Virus record (IMG/VR): IMGVR_UViG_3300005144_000001
Coordinates: 1 to 43,780 of that record
From: a virus
Taxonomy: Duplodnaviria; Caudoviricetes
Strand: one strand, 5' to 3'
DNA: 43,780 bases
Under the pieces are notes generated by a model. It made no database searches and had not been told where the DNA came from. It saw only the letters and a program-made list of their open reading frames with translations. Shown here in pieces: positions 27,570 through 37,519 of the stretch (its first letter is position 1; each line of letters opens with the position of its first letter). Position numbers and translations under genes: made by a program.

Positions 27570-28195
27570 CTGCTGTTGAAGGATTTAACAAACTTCAATG
27601 CGTTATCTGATTCAGTCGTATGTCCAAGGGATGAAAGGGCTTTCGATGCAGCAATCCACGACAGGCCATCGGCGATCAGATCATCTCTCAGTGCCTCCGC
27701 AACTATATTTTTGATGTACAGAAACGTATCGATAGTATGAACATCTCCGGGAACCAGTGAATAGTATTCAATGGCATCCATTACAGATACCAGATATTTA
27801 GTCGTTCGTACTGCAACAGGTTTTGATTTACCACCCCTGGTGAACTCGTTGGATTGAAGCCGGTACAATGGATCGGATGTACTGATAAGATGATTTACTT
27901 CTCGCTGCCAACCAGTCATTTTGAATACAACTAGGCGTAGGAAGTCAGCAGGAAGCTCCAACCACCCAAGGCCGGTAACTGTATCTCCATGGACTACGGG
28001 ACTTGCAGTATCCGCATCAAGGTATTGCAATGGGTGAGATAGCAATAGATCACGGGTGCATTCATCAAGTAGCCCATCGATAGTTTTCTCCACTGGCTTG
28101 TCAGAGGCAGACGAAGTTAAAACTAAGCCCTCGGAGTAAGGGCTTAGCTCGTCCATCTTCGTCATGACAAGTTGTATGATTTCGTTTCTAGTCAT
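27566..28195 (-). CDS. Putative head-tail adaptor/ring protein
   Basis: Position after the MCP; LPADFLRLV motif typical of adaptor/ring proteins. Confidence 0.55.
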   Translation of the reverse strand: MTRNEIIQLVMTKMDELSPYSEGLVLTSSASDKPVEKTIDGLLDECTRDLLLSHPLQYLDADTASPVVHGDTVTGLGWLELPADFLRLVVFKMTGWQREVNHLISTSDPLYRLQSNEFTRGGKSKPVAVRTTKYLVSVMDAIEYYSLVPGDVHTIDTFLYIKNIVAEALRDDLIADGLSWIAASKALSSLGHTTESDNALKFVKSFNSR

Positions 28196-28213
28196 GGATG
28201 GTAAAACACAGGG

Positions 28214-28597
28214 TTATTCTGCTTTCCAGTTGGGAAATTCGATATTGTTTTGCTTTGCCAACTCAAAGATGCTCTCTTTAGTAGGCATATCCGTAGGTGA
28301 AACATCAAACTTGTCAGCCAGGTACTTCTTCGCATCGGTGATGTTGGTTACTTCATCTACCTTGACAATGACAGGGCCGGTATCAGGCTTCTTCTCTACG
28401 GCCTTAGCCTTTAGCAGGCTCCATACTTTGCCGTTTCGCTTATCCTTCAACATTGCATCTTCAAGCTTTTTGTCATGGGTGATAAATACTCCATGCTGCA
28501 TCTTGGCTACAGGTGAGAATTCAATATTATGATTGGTTTTACCTACCAAAATTGAGGTGTGTAGCTGCTTGTATTTTTCTGAAATGAATTTTGCCAT
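28214..28597 (-). CDS. Hypothetical phage protein downstream of MCP
   Basis: 127-aa ORF in the late operon; C-terminal small helical domain (AKKYLADKF...IEFPN). Confidence 0.6.
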   Translation of the reverse strand: MAKFISEKYKQLHTSILVGKTNHNIEFSPVAKMQHGVFITHDKKLEDAMLKDKRNGKVWSLLKAKAVEKKPDTGPVIVKVDEVTNITDAKKYLADKFDVSPTDMPTKESIFELAKQNNIEFPNWKAE

Positions 28598-28608
28598 CTG
28601 ATTTGTAT

Positions 28609-28641
28609 AAAAAAAGGGAAGGGCTTAAACCTTCCCTTTTT
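28609..28641 (-). terminator. Rho-independent terminator after MCP
   Basis: AAAAAGGGAAGG-gcttaaa-CCTTCCCTTTTT hairpin with T-runs. Confidence 0.75.
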
Positions 28642-28664
28642 AGGTTAATATTATGTGGTTATGG

Positions 28665-30035
28665 TTAGACTACTGTCTTACGGATAACACAGTGAGTATC
28701 CGGGTATTTAAATACCGCGCAACTTACTTCCTGAATTACCTTGGCCTTGGCATTCTTCTGGCCTGAACCAATCAGGTCAAGCTCGGTTTCCTTCAACTCT
28801 TGGAATTTATGGTACTCAACTTTAGTCAAGTCGAATACAAATCCCATATCACCGTCACCGACTTCGCTCAACAGGTCATGCTTGATAACTCGAAGAGTAC
28901 CGAAGTTTGTAACGATCTCGTTAAAGGTAAGGCCCCATTTGACTGATACGTTATTAGCTCCAAGCTGCTTCTGCACGATGGGTACTGCGTTGATCTTCTC
29001 AATCAAATCAGCTCCGAAAAATGCATAGCGAATCTGCGCTCCACTATTACCCTGGAAGATATACTTTGTAAGGGCAACAAACCATGCGTTTGCGTGTGCG
29101 TCAGTGTCAAAGTTAGTATCGGCCCATTCAAGGGTTTTAGGCACAAAATAAGTAGCTCCACCGGCACTGTAGATTTTCTCTTGAGTATGGTAGTCAGCAA
29201 ATTCAGCAGGCGCACCCATCAATGCATTAAGTTCCTTCTGGGACTTCATGTCTTTAATATTGGCCTCTTCAAAATCACTGAATCCCCACGCTGTTTTCTT
29301 ATCGGTCATAGCTGAGAAAGTTGATTCCTCAATCTGCGCCATATAATTCTGACAGTAGTTCGTGGATTTTTCCGGATACAGAGCGTATGAAGTAGTCTGC
29401 ATCGCCAATTCACTCTCGGCCCTTGCCAATCGGGTAATGACATTATCCTGAGCGATATTATCATGAAGGACTTTAACTCCTGCAACGTCATATCCATTCA
29501 ACGGCTGACATTTCAATGTGCTGTTTGCCTTATCAATTTCAGCAGTATACAACACCAGGTCATTATTAGGAAGCAGAACATTATTTGCACCATATCCCTG
29601 TACTCCCTTAACGCGAAGGGTATCACGCAAAGACCACATTTTAATATTGCTTACGATTACATCGAAATATTCCTGATCGGCAGCAACAATAGCAGTAGTT
29701 ACGGTATCAGTGAACGGTTTGTAATCACGGCTGTAATAAGTAGTTGTTTGGCTTCCTACCTTTCGGGACCGGGCTACCTTTCGTAGTATGGTATCCAACG
29801 GGAACCGGCTCGGATCAATCTTAGTTATTTCTTCATCCAGGTGTTCAAGCTGCAAATCAGGTGCGCCTGTATCCGTAGTTGAAGTGGTCGGAGTACTATC
29901 TATGATAGTAGCTCCCGGTACAGCCATGGTTATAACGTCATGGAATGTTTTGACGCCAAACATGGAATCTACCAAGAGGGATATTACGGCAATAACCGCC
30001 AATATTCCCATAATTCTAAAAATCTTCTTCTTCAT
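28665..30035 (-). CDS. Major capsid protein (HK97 fold, DUF5309/SU10-like)
   Basis: Follows the scaffold and precedes a terminator; FPLDTIL, NYCQNYMAQ, E+..L+G, TNFGTLRVIKH motifs. Confidence 0.75.
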   Translation of the reverse strand: MKKKIFRIMGILAVIAVISLLVDSMFGVKTFHDVITMAVPGATIIDSTPTTSTTDTGAPDLQLEHLDEEITKIDPSRFPLDTILRKVARSRKVGSQTTTYYSRDYKPFTDTVTTAIVAADQEYFDVIVSNIKMWSLRDTLRVKGVQGYGANNVLLPNNDLVLYTAEIDKANSTLKCQPLNGYDVAGVKVLHDNIAQDNVITRLARAESELAMQTTSYALYPEKSTNYCQNYMAQIEESTFSAMTDKKTAWGFSDFEEANIKDMKSQKELNALMGAPAEFADYHTQEKIYSAGGATYFVPKTLEWADTNFDTDAHANAWFVALTKYIFQGNSGAQIRYAFFGADLIEKINAVPIVQKQLGANNVSVKWGLTFNEIVTNFGTLRVIKHDLLSEVGDGDMGFVFDLTKVEYHKFQELKETELDLIGSGQKNAKAKVIQEVSCAVFKYPDTHCVIRKTVV

Positions 30036-30053
30036 CGTTGTTAAAATTTAGGG

Positions 30054-31103
30054 TTATGTCAAAATGTCCTTGTAATTGGATGATTGGTTTGCTATTCTGG
30101 AAATAGACGACATCGATTTCTCTACGCTTACTTCCGGGGTAGCTCCACCAGCTCCACCAACAATAGGCAGTCCGTCACCGGCCTCTCGATCCTTTACGGT
30201 CTGAATTTTTTTATTTGATGCAGATATTTCGCCTTGTTTCCTTGACGTTTCACCGAAGTTATCGTAGTCTGAAACCTTCCATAATTGATTCAGTAGGTCT
30301 GCATCGACATTCTCAGCAAAAAGTTTTTCAGCGATGGGAATAACCACATCACCCAGAAACTTATTCAGACCTTTGTCATCAAGATTACGCTCGGCGGCAA
30401 ATGTTGAAAGCGTCTGCTCTGTATTCTCCCGGTTCTTCTGGACCGTTGCTTTCCACTCCTGCATTTTCTTTGAATGTTCCTTGCGCTTGGTAAGGTTCTC
30501 ATTGAATTTAGAGAAGTCTTCATCGCCATCTTTCGGGAATGAATCCAGATCATAGAACTGTGCAATAGCATGAGTAAATGGTACGCCTTCACGCAACATC
30601 AGAGACACTGCGGCACCAAGCTCCGGCTCCGAATCAAACAAAGCAGACAGATCGCCATTGAGCTTAACAGCAGATTCCATAAATGAACGGCCATACTCTT
30701 CTGCTTCTGAATCATCAGCAAATTCGCGTCCTTCAAATAACTGCCTTACATGATCTGCAAATACTTTAGGTTGTGCATCGACAATAGGAGGTTGATTGTC
30801 TGCGTCTGCTTTTTCAGTAGCCGTAGTATCAACTGCCGGTTCCTTTGCCGGTTCTTTGGCGGGTTCCTTTGCAGGCTCCTTCGCGGGTTCGTTTGTGACA
30901 CTGGCAGGCTCTCCTGTTTCCTGTGCGGCGACACTCGTTTTTGTTTTTGTGGAATCATCGGATGTTGCAGGTGTTGAGACACTTGCGGCTGTATCCGTTG
31001 ACGCTTTACTTGTTGAGCTAGCAGTAGATTCCGCTGAGGCTGCTGCCGGTGCTGCGGCTGCTTGTCCTCCTGATTGTCCTCCTGCTGCTGCTGCTTCTCC
31101 CAT
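30054..31103 (-). CDS. Capsid scaffolding protein
   Basis: Acidic, disordered A/S/T-rich N-terminus with EPAK x4, helical C-terminus; directly upstream of the MCP. Confidence 0.65.
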   Translation of the reverse strand: MGEAAAAGGQSGGQAAAAPAAASAESTASSTSKASTDTAASVSTPATSDDSTKTKTSVAAQETGEPASVTNEPAKEPAKEPAKEPAKEPAVDTTATEKADADNQPPIVDAQPKVFADHVRQLFEGREFADDSEAEEYGRSFMESAVKLNGDLSALFDSEPELGAAVSLMLREGVPFTHAIAQFYDLDSFPKDGDEDFSKFNENLTKRKEHSKKMQEWKATVQKNRENTEQTLSTFAAERNLDDKGLNKFLGDVVIPIAEKLFAENVDADLLNQLWKVSDYDNFGETSRKQGEISASNKKIQTVKDREAGDGLPIVGGAGGATPEVSVEKSMSSISRIANQSSNYKDILT

Positions 31104-31185
31104 GTGTTTTCAGTTAAAGGTTTACTTTAACCAAAACAAGCTATAAATGTGAATTAATGCACGTTATAAATTACATCAAAACAGT

Positions 31186-31193
31186 TATATTTG
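31186..31193 (+). promoter_or_regulatory. Bacteroidetes -7 box for the terminase operon
   Basis: TATATTTG, 8 bp upstream of ATG 31202. Confidence 0.55.
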
Positions 31194-31201
31194 TAGTAGT
31201 T

Positions 31202-31585
31202 ATGCCTAGAGACAAGTTCTTAACAGATTTGATGCACAGTTCCCTTATCGAAGAGTTTGATAAGAGGATCAAAGAGTATGGCCGCTCATACCCAATGTCA
31301 TACATATACTACAAGACGGTCCATAGCCAGGCACCATCATACTTCATAACTGCCGAACAAGCCCGTATTATCATTTCTGCATTTCAGAATGGGGACACAA
31401 TAGCCAGGAAGAAAGAACTAACAGAAGAGAGGGACAGAAACTTTTACGACACATTCAATTCGATAACTGCAAAATTCCCACACATGAAGAAACATGCAGT
31501 TATTGACCTTGCCATAGAACATCCTGCGCCAAGGTATTACGTGAACCCAAGAGTAGCGGCAATAATAATAGCGAGGTGCAGATGA
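31202..31585 (+). CDS. Putative DNA-binding protein upstream of TerL
   Basis: Internal duplication APSYFITAEQARIII / APRYYVNPRVAAIII. Start moved to ATG 31202 because the promoter box lies inside the longer ORF. Confidence 0.6.
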   Translation: MPRDKFLTDLMHSSLIEEFDKRIKEYGRSYPMSYIYYKTVHSQAPSYFITAEQARIIISAFQNGDTIARKKELTEERDRNFYDTFNSITAKFPHMKKHAVIDLAIEHPAPRYYVNPRVAAIIIARCR

Positions 31586-33597
31586 CAGAGGCAGACGTTC
31601 AAAAGATGTTAACAGAAAACATCGCCAGGGAAGCAAAATTCAGCTCTAAATACGATCCTATCTCCGGCATTGGAAGCCCATTGCCAAGAAGAAGAATTGA
31701 TATTGAAGAGTTGGGTACGTGGTACCTGATTGAACCGATGTTTGATGATGTCGTGATTCAGGCATTAGCCAAATTTAAAAGCATCAGGGCATTACTCACG
31801 GAGATCGAAGGTGAGGCTAGTGAAGCTAGGATAAACCAGTTTATTGAAGAGTTGGTCAATCGGAGGCTCGATGAAGACTTTGAGTTCTGGGCCTACATGA
31901 CTGTTAAGATTAAGGACAAGGAGTCATCAGAGATGATCCCGTTCCTTCTCCGGTATCCACAGCGCAAACTACTGAAAGTCCTTGAATGCGAATTCCGGTG
32001 GAAGAAGCGACCTATCCGGATGAACATCGTTAAGGCCAGACAGTGGGGAGGGTCAACCGAAATTCAGATATACTACAACTGGATACAGGTAAGAAGAAAG
32101 AAGAACTGGAATTCTGCTATCGCTGCCGATAATGATACCCAGGCGATGAACATTCGTGGGATGTTTTCAAGGTTGGCAGAAGAGTATCCCAAAGAACTTG
32201 GTGGTCCGTTATTGCTTAGACCGTTTGAAGGCTCAACCAAGATACGGAGGATTAAAAGCCGGGGAGGTATCATTGGTGTAGGCTCCATGAATAAACCGGA
32301 GGCACTGAGGTCATTTGACTTTGCGATGTTGCATGAGAGCGAGGTTGGATTATGGAAAAAAACGGCCGGCAAGGAACCAAAGGATTTAGTTCAGACACTT
32401 GAAAGCTCGGTGCCGGATGTTCCAGAGTCTGCCATCATACGAGAATCAACAGCTAAAGGAACAGGTAATTTCTTTTACTACGAGTACCGGGCATCCAAGA
32501 GCGGAAGCTCCGGATTTCATCCGTTTTTTGTTGGGTTCTGGGAGATTGAAATGTACCGACTACCAATTCGGGATGTCCGGGCATTCATCTACAGCATGAG
32601 CAAGTGGGATGAAGAGAAGAGGGAATATGCTGAATGGTTATGGAGTATTGGCGCAAGCTTACAGGCGATAAAATGGTACTTCTGGTATAAGGCTGATAGA
32701 AACCTTGACGATTGGCGTATGAAGTCGGAGTTTCCGGCTACGGCAGAAGAGGCATTCCAAAGTACCGGGTCCCGTGTATTTCATCCTGGGGATGTTTTAC
32801 GTATGCGCACACAATGGACCTGTAAGCCAAAGTTCAAAGGGAATGTTTTTGGCGATGCAGACACCGGTCCGGATTCTCTAAAGAATATCAGGTTTGCTTC
32901 AACTCCGGAAGGAAAATTCTGGGTTTGGTATCTGCCAGACAAAACAGTCAATACCAGAAATAGGTATTGTGTGTCTGTAGATATTGGAGGCACAACCGAT
33001 AAGGCTGACTTCTCTGTAATTACAGTGGTTGATAGAATGCCAATTCTCGATGGAGGGGTACCTGAATGTATCGCCACATGGAGAGGCCATATCGATCAGG
33101 ACCAGTTGGCGTGGGTTGCAGCCAGGATCGCAAAGATGTATGATAATGCACTCCTTGTGGTAGAAGCAAACTCACTAGAGAAGAAGAAAAATGAAGGTGA
33201 CCACTTCCTGACGATCCTTAATGAGATAGTCGAGCATTACGAGAATATCTACACAAGAACATCTATTGACAAAATACGTGAAGGCGCACCTGTACAATGG
33301 GGATTCCATACCAACGCGCAAACTAAGCCAATGATTATAGCACATCATAAGAAGCTATTCCGTGAAGATGGATATGTGGAGTACGATGACCGGGCATTGG
33401 TAGAGGCAGACCAGTATGAAATAAAAGAAGACGGTTCCTATGGTGCATCCGATGGGGAGCATGATGACATAGAAATGAGTAGAGCAATAAATCTATGGAT
33501 AGTCATGAATAAGATGGAGCCAGTAACGATAATAAAAGATCAAAAACAAAATAAGCCTACCAAGAGAGTTGTAGGCACAGGTGAATCATCATTCTAA
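31576..33597 (+). CDS. terL: Terminase large subunit
   Basis: Walker A KARQWGGST, Walker B MLHESEV, coupling motif ESTA, RNase H-like SVDIGG, VVEAN, HDD. Confidence 0.92.
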   Translation: MQMTEADVQKMLTENIAREAKFSSKYDPISGIGSPLPRRRIDIEELGTWYLIEPMFDDVVIQALAKFKSIRALLTEIEGEASEARINQFIEELVNRRLDEDFEFWAYMTVKIKDKESSEMIPFLLRYPQRKLLKVLECEFRWKKRPIRMNIVKARQWGGSTEIQIYYNWIQVRRKKNWNSAIAADNDTQAMNIRGMFSRLAEEYPKELGGPLLLRPFEGSTKIRRIKSRGGIIGVGSMNKPEALRSFDFAMLHESEVGLWKKTAGKEPKDLVQTLESSVPDVPESAIIRESTAKGTGNFFYYEYRASKSGSSGFHPFFVGFWEIEMYRLPIRDVRAFIYSMSKWDEEKREYAEWLWSIGASLQAIKWYFWYKADRNLDDWRMKSEFPATAEEAFQSTGSRVFHPGDVLRMRTQWTCKPKFKGNVFGDADTGPDSLKNIRFASTPEGKFWVWYLPDKTVNTRNRYCVSVDIGGTTDKADFSVITVVDRMPILDGGVPECIATWRGHIDQDQLAWVAARIAKMYDNALLVVEANSLEKKKNEGDHFLTILNEIVEHYENIYTRTSIDKIREGAPVQWGFHTNAQTKPMIIAHHKKLFREDGYVEYDDRALVEADQYEIKEDGSYGASDGEHDDIEMSRAINLWIVMNKMEPVTIIKDQKQNKPTKRVVGTGESSF

Positions 33598-33608
33598 AAA
33601 CGAATATT

Positions 33609-34004
33609 ATGGAGCAAATATTAAAACTAATCAGCCAACTGCTTAAGCTAAGTAGGCAGTTTCTAAAGGAATCATTGTTTTACGCCGGGAAGAAAATTTC
33701 TTACCGAAGGGCTAAGATGCTTGCCAATAATAAGTACGAGTCCGATGGTAAAACATACTATGTCATTGAGGGTCGTAGGTGGACGTACTTTGTAGGTAAT
33801 TCGCTGCAAATAGACATCCTGAAAAGAAAACGAGTATTTAAGAAAGACCTAAACATCAATGAGTTATTGAAGATTTCAGCCTATAAGGTTGGAAGATGCT
33901 ATCCTCCTGAAAAGGTCTTCACCTGGAAAGAGAAAATCATTTACTTATTAATCATCTTAACAGTAGTAACAATCTCAATATTAGCTAAATATGTTTGGAA
34001 TTAA
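33609..34004 (+). CDS. Hypothetical protein with C-terminal TM segment
   Basis: 131-aa ORF in the operon with a hydrophobic C-terminus. Confidence 0.55.
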   Translation: MEQILKLISQLLKLSRQFLKESLFYAGKKISYRRAKMLANNKYESDGKTYYVIEGRRWTYFVGNSLQIDILKRKRVFKKDLNINELLKISAYKVGRCYPPEKVFTWKEKIIYLLIILTVVTISILAKYVWN

Positions 34005-34515
34005 GACACTAAAAAGAAAAGTAAAAGAGCTTGAGGCGATATCGGAACTATTGAAAGGTCATCTTCCGGTAATAGATATGAAGGTACAGGCCCTATATCA
34101 GGACTCAATGGTACCGGAGTATGCAAAGCCGGGAGATGCAGGACTTGACTTATTCGTAAGGTCCTACTCGTATAATCCGGGAGAGGAGCTTATGACGTAT
34201 GGCACTGGAATAGCCGTTGAGATTCCGGAGGGATATGTTGGATTAGTTATTCCCAGGTCTTCAAGCTACAAAACCGGGCTAGAGATGGCGAATAGTATCG
34301 GTGTTATTGATTCCGGTTACCGTGGCGAAATCAAATGCATGTATCGTATTTCCAGTAATCCAATATTTACTGAAAAAGGCGTAAATCCATTCAAGGGAGG
34401 GGATCGCGTTGCTCAATTGGTCATCGTGAAGATTCCATTTGTGAATATCATCGAAGCTGCAAAGCTTTCTGAAACAGAACGAGGCACAAATGGATTCGGA
34501 TCAACCGGTAGATAA
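33991..34515 (+). CDS. dut: Trimeric dUTPase
   Basis: Five motifs: AGLDL, PRSS, GVIDSGYRGEI, RVAQLV, RGTNGFGSTG. Confidence 0.95.
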   Translation: MFGIKTLKRKVKELEAISELLKGHLPVIDMKVQALYQDSMVPEYAKPGDAGLDLFVRSYSYNPGEELMTYGTGIAVEIPEGYVGLVIPRSSSYKTGLEMANSIGVIDSGYRGEIKCMYRISSNPIFTEKGVNPFKGGDRVAQLVIVKIPFVNIIEAAKLSETERGTNGFGSTGR

Positions 34516-34909
34516 AATCGATACAAGAGAACTACGGAAACGTAATCTTGTAGAATATGCAGACGGAGGCGGTTTTACGCTTCTGTCTGCTCTGGAAATT
34601 TACCTGATCGATATTGGTAAAGTTCAGGTTAAACCGGTACCGATAACCGATAGAGTAATTGACCTATTCTTTTCCTATGACGAAGAACGAAGCGCGGAGT
34701 ATGTAATCGATGAATCTCTCTTTGAGCACACTGAGCAATCCGATCCTGAAAACTTTTTCGGGTTTACGTTCGAGCGCGACAGTGATGGAGGCTTGTACTA
34801 TACAGGCGGCGAAGGCGTGAATGTAACCAGAACGATAAAGTACATGCACGAACTACAAAACCTTTGCTATGAACTTGAACGGGTAGAACTAAAAATTCTG
34901 GGAATATGA
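34490..34909 (+). CDS. Hypothetical phage protein
   Basis: ELRxxN...KPVPIT...IKYMHELQNL pattern seen in Bacteroidetes phage proteins. Confidence 0.6.
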   Translation: MDSDQPVDKIDTRELRKRNLVEYADGGGFTLLSALEIYLIDIGKVQVKPVPITDRVIDLFFSYDEERSAEYVIDESLFEHTEQSDPENFFGFTFERDSDGGLYYTGGEGVNVTRTIKYMHELQNLCYELERVELKILGI

Positions 34910-35220
34910 GAGAAATACATTGTGACGAATGCGGACAATTCCTGTTTGAAACAGATAAATCAAACGGTGCCGCCGGTTCCCAAGCTCAACATTTAGGCTT
35001 TGTATTTAAAATGCCGGTCCTGTTTACTGAAAAATATAGCACGTTATTTTTCTGCGATCATGATTGCGCAAAGAATTTCTACAGAATAAATATCAATGGC
35101 AATCCGGAAGCAGATAAGAAGCTTAAAGAGTTCAAAGGGAACATTCCAAAGTATGCCTCCGATTGCGCGGAGGGACTTTCTAAAATTAAAAAATCAATTC
35201 TAAAAACCAGATCTAAATGA
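34906..35220 (+). CDS. Putative zinc-binding protein
   Basis: CDEC...FFCDHDC motifs. Confidence 0.55.
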   Translation: MREIHCDECGQFLFETDKSNGAAGSQAQHLGFVFKMPVLFTEKYSTLFFCDHDCAKNFYRININGNPEADKKLKEFKGNIPKYASDCAEGLSKIKKSILKTRSK

Positions 35221-35432
35221 GAGCAGAAGAAGCAAGGCTAATAGCCGAAGAAAAAGCAATCAAACTTGAAGACGTACTTGAAGTAATAAAGAAGACTGCG
35301 GAATATGGGGGTGTACAATCCCATTTCACAAACTTACATAATGACGTTAGAAATGACCTAATTCGATTGGGATACTCTATTAGACTAGGGTCTGATCCGA
35401 TGGGCCTTGAAACATTTATTGTTGGTTGGTAG
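35217..35432 (+). CDS. Hypothetical phage protein
   Basis: 71 aa, ATGA-coupled. Confidence 0.55.
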   Translation: MRAEEARLIAEEKAIKLEDVLEVIKKTAEYGGVQSHFTNLHNDVRNDLIRLGYSIRLGSDPMGLETFIVGW

Positions 35433-35477
35433 TATGGACGAGCAACTAAAGGCTGAATTGATTGATTACATCACAGC

Positions 35478-35512
35478 AAAAACCCAGGGCAAATAACCCT
35501 GGGTTTCTTTTT
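35478..35512. terminator. Bidirectional terminator between convergent operons
   Basis: AAAAACCCAGGG-caaataa-CCCTGGGTTTCTTTTT. Confidence 0.75.
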
Positions 35513-35516
35513 GGAG

Positions 35517-37517
35517 TTAAGCTGCGTTGTGCTGTGGCTGTGGTCGTTGCCCTAGTATCTGGTTTGCGATATTCATTGCCTTTGGATTCACACCGTTCAT
35601 CATCTGGTTGGCAACGCTCTGATCTACTTCCGGTGATTGTTGACCACTCATAATTGCCTCCTTTTGATTCTGTACGGATTCAAGCAGTTTATCCGCAAAT
35701 GGTATTGAGCTATTTTCGAGATATGTTTCAACCGAAATCGCCTGCATCTCAACTAGCTTGAATAGATTGTCTTCAATCAACTGACGATAAACAGGTGTGT
35801 CGTTTGACTGAGAAATGACCAAATCGAAATCAATATCCCTTACCCGGTCGGGGTCAAAGAATTTTGTTTCATCGAACTTGTTCGACATATTACTTGAAAT
35901 GATACTACGCTTCTCGTAATACTGCCCAATCAATCGCAACAGCTTCATGTCCCTTGTCTGTTGGTAAAGGTTCTGGTATGATTCAAACAAGTCCTTTAGG
36001 TTAGTATTTGAATTCTGTACCTGTTGTGCATAAAGGACACCGGAAGTACCTGACTGCGCACTCTGGCCCTGAATTGCGCCATTCACTCCTGATATCTCCT
36101 GCAATAGTTTCATTTGAAGCCCGATCATGTCCTGCAGGCCGATATTGGTACTGTTTACCGCAACCTGTTTTGGCATCTCTGCTCCCGGCTTCATCTTAAC
36201 TTTAATAACCCCATTAAACTTGGTCCATTCCTCCGCGATATCGTCAAGGTCCATATCATCAGGTATGGAGTCTTCCGGAACCAGAAGAACACCCTTGGCC
36301 GATGCAGACAGGATAAAGTCAAACAGTATTATCAACCGGTTGATGTATCGCTGTTGATCGATGATATCCTCAATTATTCCCCATACTTCACCGTCAATCA
36401 GTGGGTACACAAACAACGTGTATGGATTGCTTTCGTGCGTGTAAGGTGTCTCTCCTTTATAAAGCAACTCACCATTAGGACCAAGATAATACACCCACCA
36501 GATTTGCTCAAATGCAGTTTCGTATGTGATAACCGGCACTTTATCCTGTGGAACACCTTGCATTGCAGCTTCGGCAATACGCTGTTTGTTGATGCTGTCA
36601 ATATATGCCTTTGGCTTTCTGGTAGATATTGGCTTACCCGATAACTGGTCGTGGCATTTAAGAACCTTCTCGGTCTGTAGTTTCCAAATCTCAAACATCC
36701 TGCACTTAGATGGGTCCAGTGGCGTAAGGAATGATATAGAATCGTTCCTATCAGAAGACAGGCCTCTTCCGGTAGGCATAGAATCGATATTCTTATTCGC
36801 GTAAATACTCTCGATCCATTCTGCATCAGAATCGCTTTTTGCAAATGCACACTTCAGGTCATCAAGAGTACTGTCAATGATCTGGCCACACATGCGAAGG
36901 TCAGTACCGCGTATGTCATCGATATCGGTATTGAAAAAGAATCTGTTTGGATTGACATTCTCCGTAAATATGTCATCGTGATTACGTTCTCTCCAATATC
37001 GGTATGTAGATTTACAGATGGCGATACCTGACATAACGCTTTCCTCGAAGTTACGGGCATCCAGTTCGCGAACTTTGTTTATCTCGTGTACCTTCTGAAT
37101 AGCATTACTCATCATTTCCTCGGCGAATGCATCCTCTCGCTGCCTGGCAACAATTATTGTTTTTGTTTCATTGGACCGGTATTGGCCCATTATGTTTTTC
37201 TTAATCTGTATAATCTGGTTGTTTTTTAGTGGTGCTCTACCTTGTGACCGGATATAGTCTTCTTCAGTCATTGTACTACCATTGACAACAACAGTATCAC
37301 CCCACTGGTCGCCACGAAGGTACCTACGGGAACGCTTGCGTCTTGCTCTGAAGTTTGATAGTGCATTATAGTACCGGTAAGCTTCTTCAATCATAAGCGA
37401 TCCTACGGTAGTATCCTCATTTCTTGGCAATACTACCGGAGGTTTCTCTGGACCGGTAAGGCCCAGGGAATCCCGGTTGAATTTAGTGTAGTCGGCTTTT
37501 ACTTCGAATATCTCCAT
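35517..37517 (-). CDS. Portal protein (P22-like)
   Basis: RYLRGDQW...GRAPLKNNQI, IIDQQRYINRL, EISGVNGAIQG...SG; 666 aa with a Q-rich tail. Confidence 0.85.
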   Translation of the reverse strand: MEIFEVKADYTKFNRDSLGLTGPEKPPVVLPRNEDTTVGSLMIEEAYRYYNALSNFRARRKRSRRYLRGDQWGDTVVVNGSTMTEEDYIRSQGRAPLKNNQIIQIKKNIMGQYRSNETKTIIVARQREDAFAEEMMSNAIQKVHEINKVRELDARNFEESVMSGIAICKSTYRYWRERNHDDIFTENVNPNRFFFNTDIDDIRGTDLRMCGQIIDSTLDDLKCAFAKSDSDAEWIESIYANKNIDSMPTGRGLSSDRNDSISFLTPLDPSKCRMFEIWKLQTEKVLKCHDQLSGKPISTRKPKAYIDSINKQRIAEAAMQGVPQDKVPVITYETAFEQIWWVYYLGPNGELLYKGETPYTHESNPYTLFVYPLIDGEVWGIIEDIIDQQRYINRLIILFDFILSASAKGVLLVPEDSIPDDMDLDDIAEEWTKFNGVIKVKMKPGAEMPKQVAVNSTNIGLQDMIGLQMKLLQEISGVNGAIQGQSAQSGTSGVLYAQQVQNSNTNLKDLFESYQNLYQQTRDMKLLRLIGQYYEKRSIISSNMSNKFDETKFFDPDRVRDIDFDLVISQSNDTPVYRQLIEDNLFKLVEMQAISVETYLENSSIPFADKLLESVQNQKEAIMSGQQSPEVDQSVANQMMNGVNPKAMNIANQILGQRPQPQHNAA

Positions 37518-37519
37518 AG

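Noticed and set aside
30834-30890. 12-bp tandem repeat as a CRISPR or contingency locus
   Set aside because: It encodes EPAK x4 with synonymous variation in a disordered scaffold region; no spacers and no cas genes.
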